Origin: Octopus sinensis
Lineage: Eukaryota
Direction: 5' to 3'
Length of the DNA: 64,000 nt
Assembly: GCF_006345805.1 (NCBI RefSeq)
Contig: NC_042998.1
Location: forward strand, 133,052,001-133,116,000
Under the pieces are notes generated by a model. The model saw only the letters and a program-made list of their open reading frames with translations. It was not told the DNA's origin and did no database searches. Position 1 is the first letter of the stretch, and each line of letters opens with the position of its first letter. Both the position numbers and the translations under genes were made by a program. This document shows, piece by piece, positions 26,915-39,520 of this stretch.

Positions 26915-27336
26915 AGACGTAGGAGTGGCTATGTGGTAAGTAGCTTGCTTACCAACCACATGGTTTCGGGTTCAGTCCCACTGTGTGGCACCTTGGCTAA
27001 GTGTCTTCTACTATAGCCTCGGGCCGACCAAAGTCTTGTGAGTGGATTTGGTAGACGGAAACTGAAAGAAGCCCGTCGTATATATGTATTTATATATATG
27101 TATGTGTGTGCATATGTTTGTGTGTCTGTGTTTGTCCCCCCCCCAACATCGCTTGACAACCGATGCTGGTGTGTTTACCTCCCCGTAACTTAGCACTACG
27201 GCAAAGGAGATCGATAGAATAAGTACAAGGCTTACAAAGAATAAGTCCTGGGATCGATTTGCTCGTTTTAAGGCCGTGCTCCAGTATGGCTACAATCAAA
27301 TGACTGAAACAAGTAAAAGAGTAAATGAGTAAAAGA
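26915..27336 (+). mobile_element. SINE family B, followed by an extra tail fragment at about 27393-27470
   Basis: Homologous to 5213-5640. Confidence 0.85.
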
Positions 27337-28599
27337 GATATGTACACACACAGAATAGACTGCAGCAATACTGGGACAACTTCTTTACTTCTCCTGGGGT
27401 CGATTTGTTCGACTAGAGGCGGTGCTCCAGCATGGCCACAGTCAAGTGATTGAAACAAGTATAAGAGTATAAAGGTATATATTCATATTACTCTGCAGTG
27501 TTTTATGTATACGTGGAACCAAAATCTTTCTAAGCATACTAACGTGCCTAGGCATTTTATGGTTTTATCTTTTAAATGAAGTGGTTATGGTGATGATGAC
27601 GCTATTACTTCTGCGATTATTATAATCGGCAGGAAGAATAGCATAGCTTTAAAACCACCACCGGATTTTAAATTGTTTTTACTGCAAACTCCAAGTTACT
27701 TTCATGGTTTTATTTCACGTGTTGCATATGTTGACTTTTGCCTATACTTTGCTTTTCCCGTTTTTCTTCTTGCGTGTATGTGAAATACTATATAGGATGT
27801 TAGCTAATGTTTTTGTATCTAGCTTCTTTCTTTTTGTGTGTGTGTGTCTTGCACTGCAATATGTTTAAAGTTTCCAAGAAAAGGAATAATTAACTAATGA
27901 GAAAATGTTGCACTTGTGCATCTTATGTAAAAGAACAAATCGCCAAAGCTACAAATTGCACGTTTTCTTTGAAATACGCATACTACTTGGATGTCTGCAG
28001 CACGTCCTGTGTCTGGGTGGTTTGTGGTTTCATGTTGATGAGAAATCTTTTGATCCTAGCTATTTGTAATATATTCTTATATATAACTAATGCTTAAGAA
28101 TATTACATGCTGCGTTGCTTTATGAATATTTTGAAGGCGTATGCATCCATACTAAAACTAGAATGCATTTGGTTCTTACAGTAATATATGTGCGATTTTA
28201 TGGTGTTGTATCTTAAAATATCTGTGAAATGAATTTGGTGTCGCAGTATTTTAAATTATGGTTTATTCATGTGTACGCGTATCTTTTTATTTATTTCTTA
28301 TTTCCTTACTGCAAGTCACATTTGTGGACAAACATTTAAAGTACGTTTCAGAAAGAATTTCACTCTTTCTAGTCTATTCCGGAACAGTTCCCATCGTGCA
28401 TGTGACATGAAAATATTTGTTTAGAGGGACTAGGTATGAATAATGGCGTGACTATTGCTTCTATTTGTATATTTGTATATTATACAAATAGTGCCTAATG
28501 TGGGAGATAAAGACTTTATTGTATTTTATAGAATGTTGAACAAGTGACTAGAGTCTTTCTCGTTGTGTGATACATATAGAAGTAGGGAGTACATCAAAT

Positions 28600-29390
28600 T
28601 CATACAAAACTTTCACATAATTCTGCTCTGTCGAGATCTAACTGCAAACCCAATTATATTGGCATATGTTTAATAAACCGCTTGATTCTATGCATACATA
28701 CAGGCATATTCCTTAAAATTCTTCAATAGATAATTAAATACAATGAGCCAAGTAATTCAATATCCAAGAACTAAGGTAAACAAAGAAACATGTCGGAACT
28801 GAATTTTCTATCTCACATTTCCAGCTACAAACCCACAAACGGTGGAGCTTACATCATATTCCAAAATATACCGACTCTGGAAAAGGACCTCAGGATGAAC
28901 CAAATCCACCAAATACATATCATCGTAAAGAGTAAAATACAACCAAAATCAATGAAATATTACTAACAAAGGCCAAACTAGACGTAATTACAGCAGAACA
29001 AATTAAAACAATGCGAAAATTTCAATTGTAATATATCTTTTAATTTGACAGAAGGAACATCAATCCATTTTAAACAAGGACAAGTCTTCACAAAAAATAA
29101 CTTTACTTGTGCGTCTGAAAGCCTAATCTAAGCAGTTATATGCTAAATATGTTAAGAGCATAATATAGAACAAACCAAAGGGTCCCTAAGATTATACATG
29201 ACTGCATAAATCATGAATTATAATACGGGAATGCAGAGATATAGAACATACAGGACATATGTGGAGATAAGAAACAACCAGCTTATATAGTTTTCTCCTT
29301 AATCAGTTCAGCTATTACACAGTACAACAACGTATCAACAAAGAAACGACTTTCAAAATCAAATACCGACTGCCTTTAAATATCTATCGA
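28600..29390 (+). mobile_element. Decayed PLE fragment related to 1-520
   Basis: Translation IIVKSKIQPKSMK..LLTKAKL...EGTSIHFKQGQVF..NFTCASESLI*AVIC parallels the 1-520 copy (KQPKSLKKILTKAR...FTCASENLI). Confidence 0.7.
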
Positions 29391-29498
29391 ATAGTAAGGG
29401 AGACAACTATCGACTGCAACAGCCACTACTAAAAGCAAATCTTCCTATTGCTGTCACCGCTGCAGCTACTATTGCTACTACTACTACTACTACCATAT

Positions 29499-29529
<31 letters not shown>

Positions 29530-29582
29530 CACCACCACCACCACCACCACCACCTCTATTACTACTACTACTACCTTTACTA

Positions 29583-29622
<40 letters not shown>

Positions 29623-29891
29623 AAACCAGCAACAGTTAGAAAGAGGAATAAAACCACGTGATTTTTGTAAGAAAAACGTAAAATGCCAGAGTTGATATGA
29701 AAGATTGATCTAACTTATATCGATTTATTTTCCTTTTATTTAAAGCATGATTGAATCCTCTTGTTAAGCGACTGAAAACGGTGACATATTTTATATTTTG
29801 ATGAAAGTGTGAATACTTTCAAATTTTTTCACCCACGATAACGTTCTCAGATCATTTTCTTCTTTTGCGGTTTGAAATCATTTTATCTTAC

Positions 29892-29934
<43 letters not shown>

Positions 29935-29956
29935 CATAACAATTAAAATTAAATAT

Positions 29957-30834
29957 ATGCATATATACATACATATATGTACGTACCTACATCTACATGT
30001 ATATATACATGCATATATAGGGTACAGGACACCAAAAAAAAAACGTCGAACACAATGAGAAACGAAAACATAAACACAAAACCAAGGAAATGGACATTTT
30101 TCTTAAACAACGAAAAAATAGGGTACAAGGCATACAACACAAGGAAAATTACCTTCTTCAGTCGTCTCTGTTTCATCTACTCCGCGTTTCGAAGGTAAAG
30201 GCGAGACACGACTTTAATGAAACTTTCCTTCCCGCAAAAAGCAAATTAAATAAAATTTGAGATTTTTTTGCGGAGGGGTAAAAATGGTAACAAAAACAGG
30301 ACAGTAAAGACAGTACAAATTATAAACAGTAAAAGATAGGGCAAGGAGAATAGCAGTAACACAGACAATGAGGTCCTTAAGCCAAACGACAGAAAATATT
30401 ACGAACGCTTGTTGAGAACGGCAGAGAGAGACAGAGAAAAGCCGTCTACACTTGAGAGAACGAGGTCAGAAAGACAGTAGTTTTCTCGTCGCTGGTCAAC
30501 GACGGGACAGAGGAGGAGTAAGAGAGAGGTGGGGGGAAAGGGAACGGTTGTAGAGAAAACCAGAAAGAATGAAGAATGAGAGAGAGAGAGAGAGAGAGGG
30601 GGAGGGAGAGACAGTAGGGTAGAAGAAAAGGAAACCAGAAAGAATGAAGGCTGAGAAAGGGAGTGGGACAGAAAGATTAAGAATGCGCATCATTATTGAT
30701 ATTAAGAACAAACTTACTTGGAATATACATGCATATATACATACATATATGTACGTACCTACATCTACATGTATATATACATGCATATATGGGTACAGGA
30801 CACCAAAAAAACATCGAACACAATGAGAAACGAA

Positions 30835-30840
<6 letters not shown>
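29957..30840 (-). mobile_element. Non-coding retrozyme/PLE-like element with about 115-bp direct terminal repeats
   Basis: 29957-30072 is nearly identical to 30729-30840; no coding capacity; contains an HHR-like motif; bounded by (TA)n. Confidence 0.65.
30149..30223 (-). ncRNA. Candidate non-circularly permuted hammerhead ribozyme, copy 2
   Basis: Minus strand reads GTTTCAT-taaagt-CGTGT-C-TCGCCTTT-accttc-GAAA-CGCG-gagtag-ATGAAAC-AGAGACGA-CTGAAGA-aggt. Same helix order as 3638-3710 with different stem sequences; GUC cleavage triplet; one mismatch in stem I. Confidence 0.6.
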
Positions 30841-30884
<44 letters not shown>

Positions 30885-30888
<4 letters not shown>

Positions 30889-32142
30889 GTCATTCCATAA
30901 GTTCTGTCCAAATTTTGAATGAAGAAAACAAGTAATCAAATGGTATATTTAATTGAAATTTAATCATCAATATACTTACCCTGATTATCTATAACTTCCT
31001 TCTATCTATTTACAAGATTTTAAATCCCTTTAATGTAAAACTCTTTTGGTTTCAAAGCGAAGAACTCTGAAATGTCAGTTCGACCTCCTCCTGGCTTGCG
31101 AAAGCTATATCTCCCAGATGATTCTGTAAACTACAAAATAAATGGTAGTCTGAAGGAGTAAGGTCGGGAGAATAAAGTGGACGAGGAATTTTTTCCCAGT
31201 TAAGCTCTTCGATGTTCTGTAATGTGATCTTTGCAGCATGGGGTCGCGCATTGTCCTGATGAAACATCACTCCTTTTCAATTCACTAAAGCGGGTTTTTT
31301 TTTCTTCAAAGCTAACAGTAGACTTGAGCATTGATTGTTGCATTAGGTGGTAACAATTGAAAGTGAATTACTACTTTGCAATACCACGAGATAGAGATAA
31401 GAAACTTTTTCCCATGAAGTTCCCTTCTCGGTTGTGGTTGAGCCTTTTCCCTTTTACCAAGCCGCTGTTTACGACGTTTAACATTTCGATAGAAAATCCA
31501 TTTTTCGTCACCAGTTACAACTCTATCCAAAAAGGGTGAAATGAGTTCGCGAGAATGGAGAGAAGAACAGATGTCAACACGGGATTTGCGCTTGCTTTCA
31601 GACAATTCATGAGGCACACATTTTCCAAGTTTAGAAACCTTTCCAAGTTGTTGAAGATGACAATGAACAGTTGAATCGTTGAACTAAGCTTTATTGCCAA
31701 TTCTTCAACTGATAATGCAGGATTTTCTTCAAGATAATGTAGGATTTTCTTCATCAAACTCAGCTGGACGTCCTGTTCGATCTGCATCTTCAAGGCTGAA
31801 ATCTCACTTCCGAATTTTGCAAACCATCTTCTGTAAGTTCTTTCATTCAAGTATTCTTTCCCATAAACTGAGTGTATATTTCGAGTCGCTTCGGCTACAG
31901 AGTTTCCTTCGTTCTACTCATAAAGCATTATGTGCCTCAAATGCTCTTTGGATACTTTCATGTTAGAAAGGGTTTTAATCAAAGAAATGTTAATTCTATT
32001 ATTCTGTAAAATATTTAATTAATTTAAATGTACACAAATGCATAAAAATAATTTTAAATTCCCTTAGACATCCTAAAATACTATTAAATTTCATTAAATT
32101 TTAAAAAAGGTAAAATCAGACAGAACTTATGGGATGACCTGA
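30885..32142 (-). mobile_element. Full-length mariner transposon (about 1.26 kb) inserted in (TA)n
   Basis: TIRs TCAGGTCATTCCATAAGTTCTGTC / GACAGAACTTATGGGATGACCTGA (one mismatch); TA flanks. Confidence 0.95.
30960..31961 (-). pseudogene. Mariner DD34D transposase pseudogene
   Basis: MKVSKEHLRHIMLYE*..., VPHELSE, VVTGDEKW, HQDNARPH, YSPDLTPSDYHLF (34 residues between the second and third D). Multiple stops and frameshifts. Confidence 0.95.
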
Positions 32143-32164
32143 TATATATATATATATATATATA

Positions 32165-32560
32165 TTCTTTTATTCTTTTATTTGTTTCAGTTATCTGACA
32201 GCGGCCATGCTGAAGTACCCACTTGAAGGATTTAAGTCGAACCAATCAACTCCAGCACTTATTTCTTGACCCTAGTACTTATTATGTCTGTCTCTTTTAA
32301 CGATCACCTATGTTACAGAGATGTAAACACATCAAAACCGCTTGTTAAGCGTTGATAGAAGGTCAAACACAAAGACACACACACACAAACACACGCATCT
32401 ACATACATACACGACGAGCTTCTTTCAGTTTCCGCCTACCAAATCCACTCACACGGCTTTGCTCGGCCCTAGGCTACAGGAGAAAACACATGCTCAAGGT
32501 GCCATGCAATGGGACTAACCCGGAACCATATGGCTGGGAAGAAAGCTCCTTTCCATACTG
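32165..32560 (-). mobile_element. Degenerate SINE family B
   Basis: TTTCAGTTTCCGCCTACCAAATCCACTCAC...GGGACTAACCCGGAACCAT is the reverse complement of family B. Confidence 0.75.
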
Positions 32561-32733
32561 TCACTGTCTGTCTGTATGTGCGTGTAATTATATATATACA
32601 TATATATGTTTATGTGTAAAAGCGTGCGCACAAACACACGTACTCACACACAAACGCAGACAATATATTCAGTTTATATTTCTTACAATATAGCCAAATA
32701 TTTTTTATATCATTACGGAATATTTAAAGATCG

Positions 32734-32790
<57 letters not shown>

Positions 32791-32917
32791 AAAGGAATTC
32801 CAACCTTGTCTGATTTTCACGTTTTATTTACAATCTTATAATGATATAATATAAGATAATAAAATAAAATAAAATAAAATAAAATAAAATAATAGAATGT
32901 TAAATGTTAATTCTGAT

Positions 32918-32962
32918 TGAACTAGTACTTTCATGCATTAAATTCTGCAATCTTCAGGTTCA
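32918..32962 (-). ncRNA. Minimal type I hammerhead motif (left arm)
   Basis: Reverse complement of 33055-33099. Confidence 0.6.
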
Positions 32963-33054
32963 TGTAGTAGTGGTGACAGTCATGCTTCACAATTTTGACT
33001 GTCAAAAATGTTCTCAGTCAAAAATTGTGAAGCATGACTGTCACCACTACTACA

Positions 33055-33099
33055 TGAACCTGAAGATTGCAGAATTTAATGCATGAAAGTACTAGTTCA
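33055..33099 (+). ncRNA. Minimal type I hammerhead motif (right arm)
   Basis: TGAAC-CTGAAGA-t-TGCA-gaatttaa-TGCA-t-GAAA-GTAC-TA-GTTCA: 5-bp stem I, intact core, palindromic AGTACT stem III. Non-canonical U.U at the base of stem II. Confidence 0.6.
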
Positions 33100-33258
33100 A
33101 TCAGAATGAACATTTAACATTCTATTATTTTATTTTATTTTGTTATATTATATTATCTTATATTATATCATTATAAGATTGTAAATAAAACGTGAAAATC
33201 AGACAAAGTTGGAATTCCTTTTATTAATATATTCTTCTATACACGATCACACACACCC

Positions 33259-33299
<41 letters not shown>

Positions 33300-34619
33300 C
33301 AATGTGTTACATCTTGATGTTTTAAACTTACGATCAAATTCCAACTGCATCATTTATATTTTCAATTATGTTGGTTAGTTGATTATACTGGAGTTACAAC
33401 CATTGTCGTTTATAGGTTTTAAATAGCGTTAATTTCATTTGTTGCGGTATACTAATTACCGAGATAATCTCAGTTGATTGTAATTTTTCGTCTCATTTAT
33501 CTAATACAATATAGGCGAAACTAGATACGATTACAACATTACACGAAACCTCACTTAATACCTTCACTTAATAAATTTCAATAGGTATGGTGACAATTTT
33601 GGATGAAATTTTTTTTTTGTTTTGATAAAGTTTCATTGAATACACCTGGTATAATTTATTTTTTAAAAATGTACCCAGCAAGTTACTTTTTTACTTCTGT
33701 ATGTCAATGTGCGCGCGCGTGTGTGAGTGTATATCAATGTGTGAGTTCTAACCGCAATAAGTTCAATTAATAGTAGGTTGTTTCCGCTCCGTTCTTATTC
33801 AAATGATATCTACATCCGCCGCTCAAAAGAATTCTTTATGCATTATATTAAGCTAGAGCTCTCTTTTTCTTTTCTTTCTTTCTTTTTTTTTCTTTTTCTG
33901 CCTGACAAGCCTTCAGAGAAATTATCCTTAATATATTCGTCAATCCAGCAAACCTGAAAATCTGCAACTTCCACTGGGTTGAGGAGAATTAAATTTGCAT
34001 AAAAGAATTTAAATGTAGATTATATGTCATACGAATTCCTTCATAACAAAAGATCCCTACATATAAATGATTACACGTCTTCAGTATTATTGAGCAAAAA
34101 TAAATAAATAAATTATAAAATCATTTGGATTGATGTTCTTAATATAGCCTAACTATATTTCATTCGTTTAAATATATATGTAATGTTTAATCAATTCAAT
34201 ATTCGAAGTTTTATATTCATTTTTATATTTTTATTTTTATAATAACTTGAAGACTAAATTTTAGAATTTAACGTTGCAAGTGTATGGTTTAGGATCGGTA
34301 CACGCAGCACACACATATGTATAATGTATAATAAAATTATTTTTTTTGTGTAGTGTCACCACCAAATAAGAAGAAAAAATTGAGCCTTACGAGCTAATTT
34401 TTCGTTTAATTTAGTGTGCATGTTTATTGTCTTGGAGAACAAAATTCGGCCTCGATGGAACGAATTCGCAATTCTTTTCATTAATGGCGCTGAACTTGCC
34501 TTGATCCTCAGTCAAGAACTAGTGAAAAATTATGGTGGCTCTGTTATATTCTGTTTTGTGTGTTGTCTGATTTTAATTTTTCTTCCATTAGATGGCAGCA
34601 AAATAGATGTGTGTTTATA

Positions 34620-34720
34620 GGAGCAGTCGTGACTGTAGTTTTGAAGCTTAATTTGCGACTATGTAGTTTTAGGTTCAGTCCCACCGCGCGTCAACTTGGT
34701 CAAGTGTCTTCTACTATAAG
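34620..34720 (+). mobile_element. SINE family B head fragment
   Basis: GGTTCAGTCCCACCGCGCGTCAACTTGGTCAAGTGTCTTCTACTATA. Confidence 0.6.
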
Positions 34721-35349
34721 CTCTCTCTCTCTCTCTCTCACCATCCACTTTTCTTCTCGCTCCAGTGTATTCTCTTCCTCTTCCTCTTCTTTGTTCGTTC
34801 TAACCTTCCCTGCATTGCCTTTACGTCTTCTGATGATTCTAATATGATATGTTGTTATGTCATATTTTGACATTAAATAGAAATAACTAGAATTACAAAA
34901 CTACCTTTGAAATAAATTATCTGTTTGTGGAAAGTTTGAATGTTACAGCAGTTAAACATTTAAGTTGCCTAATTTATGACAATCTAATTGCAAACTCAGT
35001 CATGGAATTTAGATTATGGTAACCTGCTACGAGATAGATATGCAATAACGTTTCATATATTTAATAAAGTATGTTGAAAAACTTCGATCAACCGAGATTA
35101 TCCAAAGAATTAGTCTATTCCTACTCCTTTAGAGGTATCTAATCTAAAAGAAATTAAATAAAAGATAGGAAAGAGATGTAACTCCAATAACACCAATTAA
35201 TCAAAAGCCTTGGACAATACAAACAATACGGACGGGAGTGGATCTTGTTTTTGAAGTCAACTGGTAAAAACCACAGACACGTATCGGTATTAGTATCTAT
35301 CTCCTCAGCGTAAAATAATATACGCTGCTGGCAAGGTTAAGACTGATGA

Positions 35350-35385
<36 letters not shown>

Positions 35386-37234
35386 GGTATACAGGACACT
35401 ATTGATCAACCATTGATCAGCTGAGATAATCCAAGCTGTTTGTAACCAAATCACACATCGAAGGGTGTTTTGAAAAGTATAAAGAAGTAAGAGAGTTAAA
35501 TTCAATAGAATCAGATGATCAAACTTTTTGAACAGTGTACACAATACAGAATCTGGTGAAAACAATGGACGTTTACGTCGAGGGTTTTCCACCTCTTTAC
35601 ATTATATATGTTGAGACTCACTACCAAATTATCTGTATTTTGTAAAGAGATACGTTGGTCATGTTGCTAGCAAATATGCCTACTTATTTTAATCTCTCAG
35701 ATTAATTACACACATATAAAATTTTGGTATAATTTATATTTATTCTGAAATTCCTAATTCTTGAGAAACTGAAAGCACAACAACTAAGATGTATAGAATG
35801 GAAAATAAATGTCTAATATTTAGGTTTGCTCCTACGTAACACAGTAAAGAGAATATAAGCTCTTATGCCCATCCCGTAAAAGAAATGTTGCGATAATTAG
35901 TCATATATACTTAGTGGATTGCTAAGAGGTTTAAGTGTTGTGTGCAGTTGTGGTTTATCATTCTCACTGCCTTGTCCAGGCCGTCAGAAAGACTTAAGCT
36001 CAAGATCAAATTAATAAAACACACATCGCTTCTATAGTGCTAGCTTTGGTTACTGCGAGCTCTATTTACAGTTTGGTGTGATTCAGCTGTTAACGAGTTA
36101 ATAATTAAAAGACGCTGGGCCACGTAGCGATCACTTTACGCACGAACTTCCGTCTTTTCGGTTGATTGTTGAGGTATTATGCTACGGAGTCAGCCATTTA
36201 CGCTCACGACCCCAATATAACCAATTAATTATAAAACATATGAGATCTTTTCTTCTGAATTTAGGTTTATTTTTGTCTATATATTTAGTTATTTCTAAAC
36301 ATACTTGTTAAATAAAATACCAACCTAACAACCTTGAAAAAGACCGGATTCTCACAGAATTAACAAAAACGAAATTACGTGTATTTTACAAATTCCCTCT
36401 ATTTGTATATTCGTGAAATACCATTCTAATACATAACATGTGATTTAACCGGTTTATTGCTTTCTGTTTTTTTTAAAGCGTTTTAAACAAAAAGAAATCT
36501 TGTCGCACTGTTGCCAATTTATTTCTCGCACTATTGTCACTAACATCACATCGGTAATGTTCTTAAATTTTAAACAAAAGGCTTTACGTGAACTACTAGG
36601 TGAGGGGAGGGGTAAATGTTTAGATTCTCCCTTGGAAAATGTTATGTGTCTTTCGTTTTCGTAAATTAAAGACAAGAAAGCGACGAGAGAAAGGTAAGAG
36701 AAAGCGGGATGAAAGCTAGTCAGAACAAGTAGAAGAGTGGGATATATATGTAAATATATTTATATATACTTATGTATATATATATATACATATATATATA
36801 TACATGTATATATATACAAACATATATATGCAAAAATGTATACACATATATACCTGTATATATAAACATATAAATACATATATACAAATGTACATACACA
36901 TATACATATATATAAAAATATATATACACATATATATATGTATATATATACATATATATATAAACATATATTCATATATATAAAATTATATACATATGTA
37001 TATAAATATATATCAACATATATACACATATGTTTATATAAACATATATACATATATATATGCATATATATTCATATATATAAATATATATACATATATA
37101 CATATACATATATATATACATACATATATATACTTGTACATACATATATATATATATACATATATATATATACATACACATATATATATATATATACATA
37201 TATGAATATAATATATATATATATATATATATAA

Positions 37235-37748
37235 AGAAAATCGTCTCTTTGCAACAGCTCAGCTACTGGGAAAGGTTGAAACAGCTAAGACTCTACTCCT
37301 AGGAGAGAAGACGGGAGAGGTATACAGCAATATATATCTGGAAGATCCTGGAAGGAATTTTGCCAAACTTTGGCATTGAAAGCTACACCAATGCCACAAC
37401 GGGACAACACTGCATGGTGCCAAGGATCCCAGCTACGCCATTGCGCTTCAGGACCAGTTACTGCAACAGTCTGGGTTTCAGGGGCCCACAGATTTTTAAT
37501 ATTCTCCCAAAGAGCCTGAAGAACCTGCACAAAGTAGATGTAGGCGTTTTTAAATCAAAGCTGGACGTCTTCCTGTCGAGAGTCTCAGATGAACCTACCT
37601 CACGGCAAGAGGTGCAAATCAGGGTAGCTACATCAAACTCCATTCTTCGCCAAGTGCCACATATTAGAGGAGGCTCTCAGTAACGACATTGTAGCAAAAC
37701 GGCGGTGCACCAGCATGGCCGCAGCTCTGAGCTGAAACTAGACAGAAT
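37235..37748 (+). mobile_element. 5'-truncated CR1-group LINE 3' end
   Basis: Translation [34 protein letters not shown]...FNILPKSLKN...FKSKLDVFL matches the CR1/L2-group ORF2 C-terminus. Short 3' UTR with a hairpin; flanked by (TA)n. Confidence 0.8.
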
Positions 37749-37851
37749 ATATATATATATGTATATGAAGATAATTAGAATTAATCAAAGAACATACTGA
37801 CTATGTCTACCTGCTGGAAATAATAGTCGAAACCCTAATTTAAATCGCATA

Positions 37852-37911
<60 letters not shown>

Positions 37912-37974
37912 TACATATATATATATATAAATATATAATATACATATATAAATACATATATACATATATATATG

Positions 37975-38014
<40 letters not shown>

Positions 38015-39126
38015 ATAAATATATATACATATATAAACATATATACATATATAAATATATATATATATATATATACATACACACACACACACATATATAT
38101 ATATACACACATATTTGCATACATATATACATACAGAGAAACAGAGAGAGAGATGGGAGAGAGATACAGATAGAGAGAGGAAAGAGGAAGAAAAGAGACA
38201 GATTATGAGGTACAGGCTAAGAAATTAAAATAGATTAGGTAGATTGAGAGAAAAAGAAGCAGAATAGCAACTAGACGAGTCGATAAAAAGAAAGCTGACG
38301 GTCAAAGGTACAGTATAAACTGGCTTTACACTGGTACCCATGGCCATACATGTGAGTCATGTCGGCTTCATCAAATATTCTGTGAATAAATACAGTGAGT
38401 AGGTAAACATAAACTCCGATAAAAGAATAGTGTGCATTGCATAATCAACGAATGCGCCTTTATGTCACAGTTTCACTGGTGGAAAGCAGTATAACATAGC
38501 GTATTCAGAGCCTCTATTAGTCCGTCGACCTGCTAAAAATTACTAAAAATTGCAGCTAACATCTCTTATGTTACAAATGGTTAATACATATCGGAAAGAA
38601 GCTGAGATAACCATGCACAAGAAGGCATATGACCAATTGCTTGCGTAAACAATGTCAACTTTAACAAAGCAATAATAAAGACATCGTCCGCTTCGTAGCA
38701 GTCGTCGTCGTTATCACCATGATGATTTTCATTATCATCATTACCACAACCGACTCATCATCATCAAAAGTCACTCAAGAAGGAGCAATGTAACTAAATG
38801 ATTTCCAAAATGGTGCTCTCTCCATCAATTTTTCGTGCGTCTACTCATGTGACTCTTCAATGAGATCCGAGCAACGTGCTATTCCCGCCCGTTTTCTGTC
38901 TATTTTCATAACAAATACCAAGGAAGGAGAAAGTTTGTAGTGCATCACATGACTAAGTACTAATATACTCTTCAGTTGGTTAAACTGGTTTCGTGTAGAA
39001 TACATCATTTTCAGTTACCAGCCTGTTAGAAGCACTTAGATGTTGCAAGTTGGCAGTGTTCTGTGGTAGGTACTATGTCATACTGAAAGGATAATTTGTC
39101 TTATTCGTTCAGTGCCGCATAATCAG

Positions 39127-39216
<90 letters not shown>

Positions 39217-39420
39217 TTCGAGGCTCCGATTAAGATAAAGGTGTTATTCAGGCATTCACTTGTGAGTTCACTGCATCTTATAGTAGAAACAGCCGTAAGC
39301 TAATGAAGTTCATAAGATAATCATTCATTCCTTTGTCATCTCTGTTTCTCATATATATATATATATATATACATATGGCTGTCCACATAGTGGTTTTTAG
39401 CCCTAAATATGCATATATAT

Positions 39421-39457
<37 letters not shown>

Positions 39458-39520
39458 GCACCCTGCTGTGTAAATATCTGACATTTGACATTGAGCCTGG
39501 GGCTCATCAACATTCAAAAA

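Larger units (their letters stand above)
32786..33226. repeat. 441-bp near-perfect palindrome (about 215-bp arms, 13-bp spacer)
   Basis: 32786-33001 is the reverse complement of 33015-33226 with few mismatches. Confidence 0.95.

Noticed and set aside
35560-35610. Minus-strand hammerhead-like TAAAGA...GTAAACGTC
   Set aside because: Both core boxes are broken; too degenerate to support.
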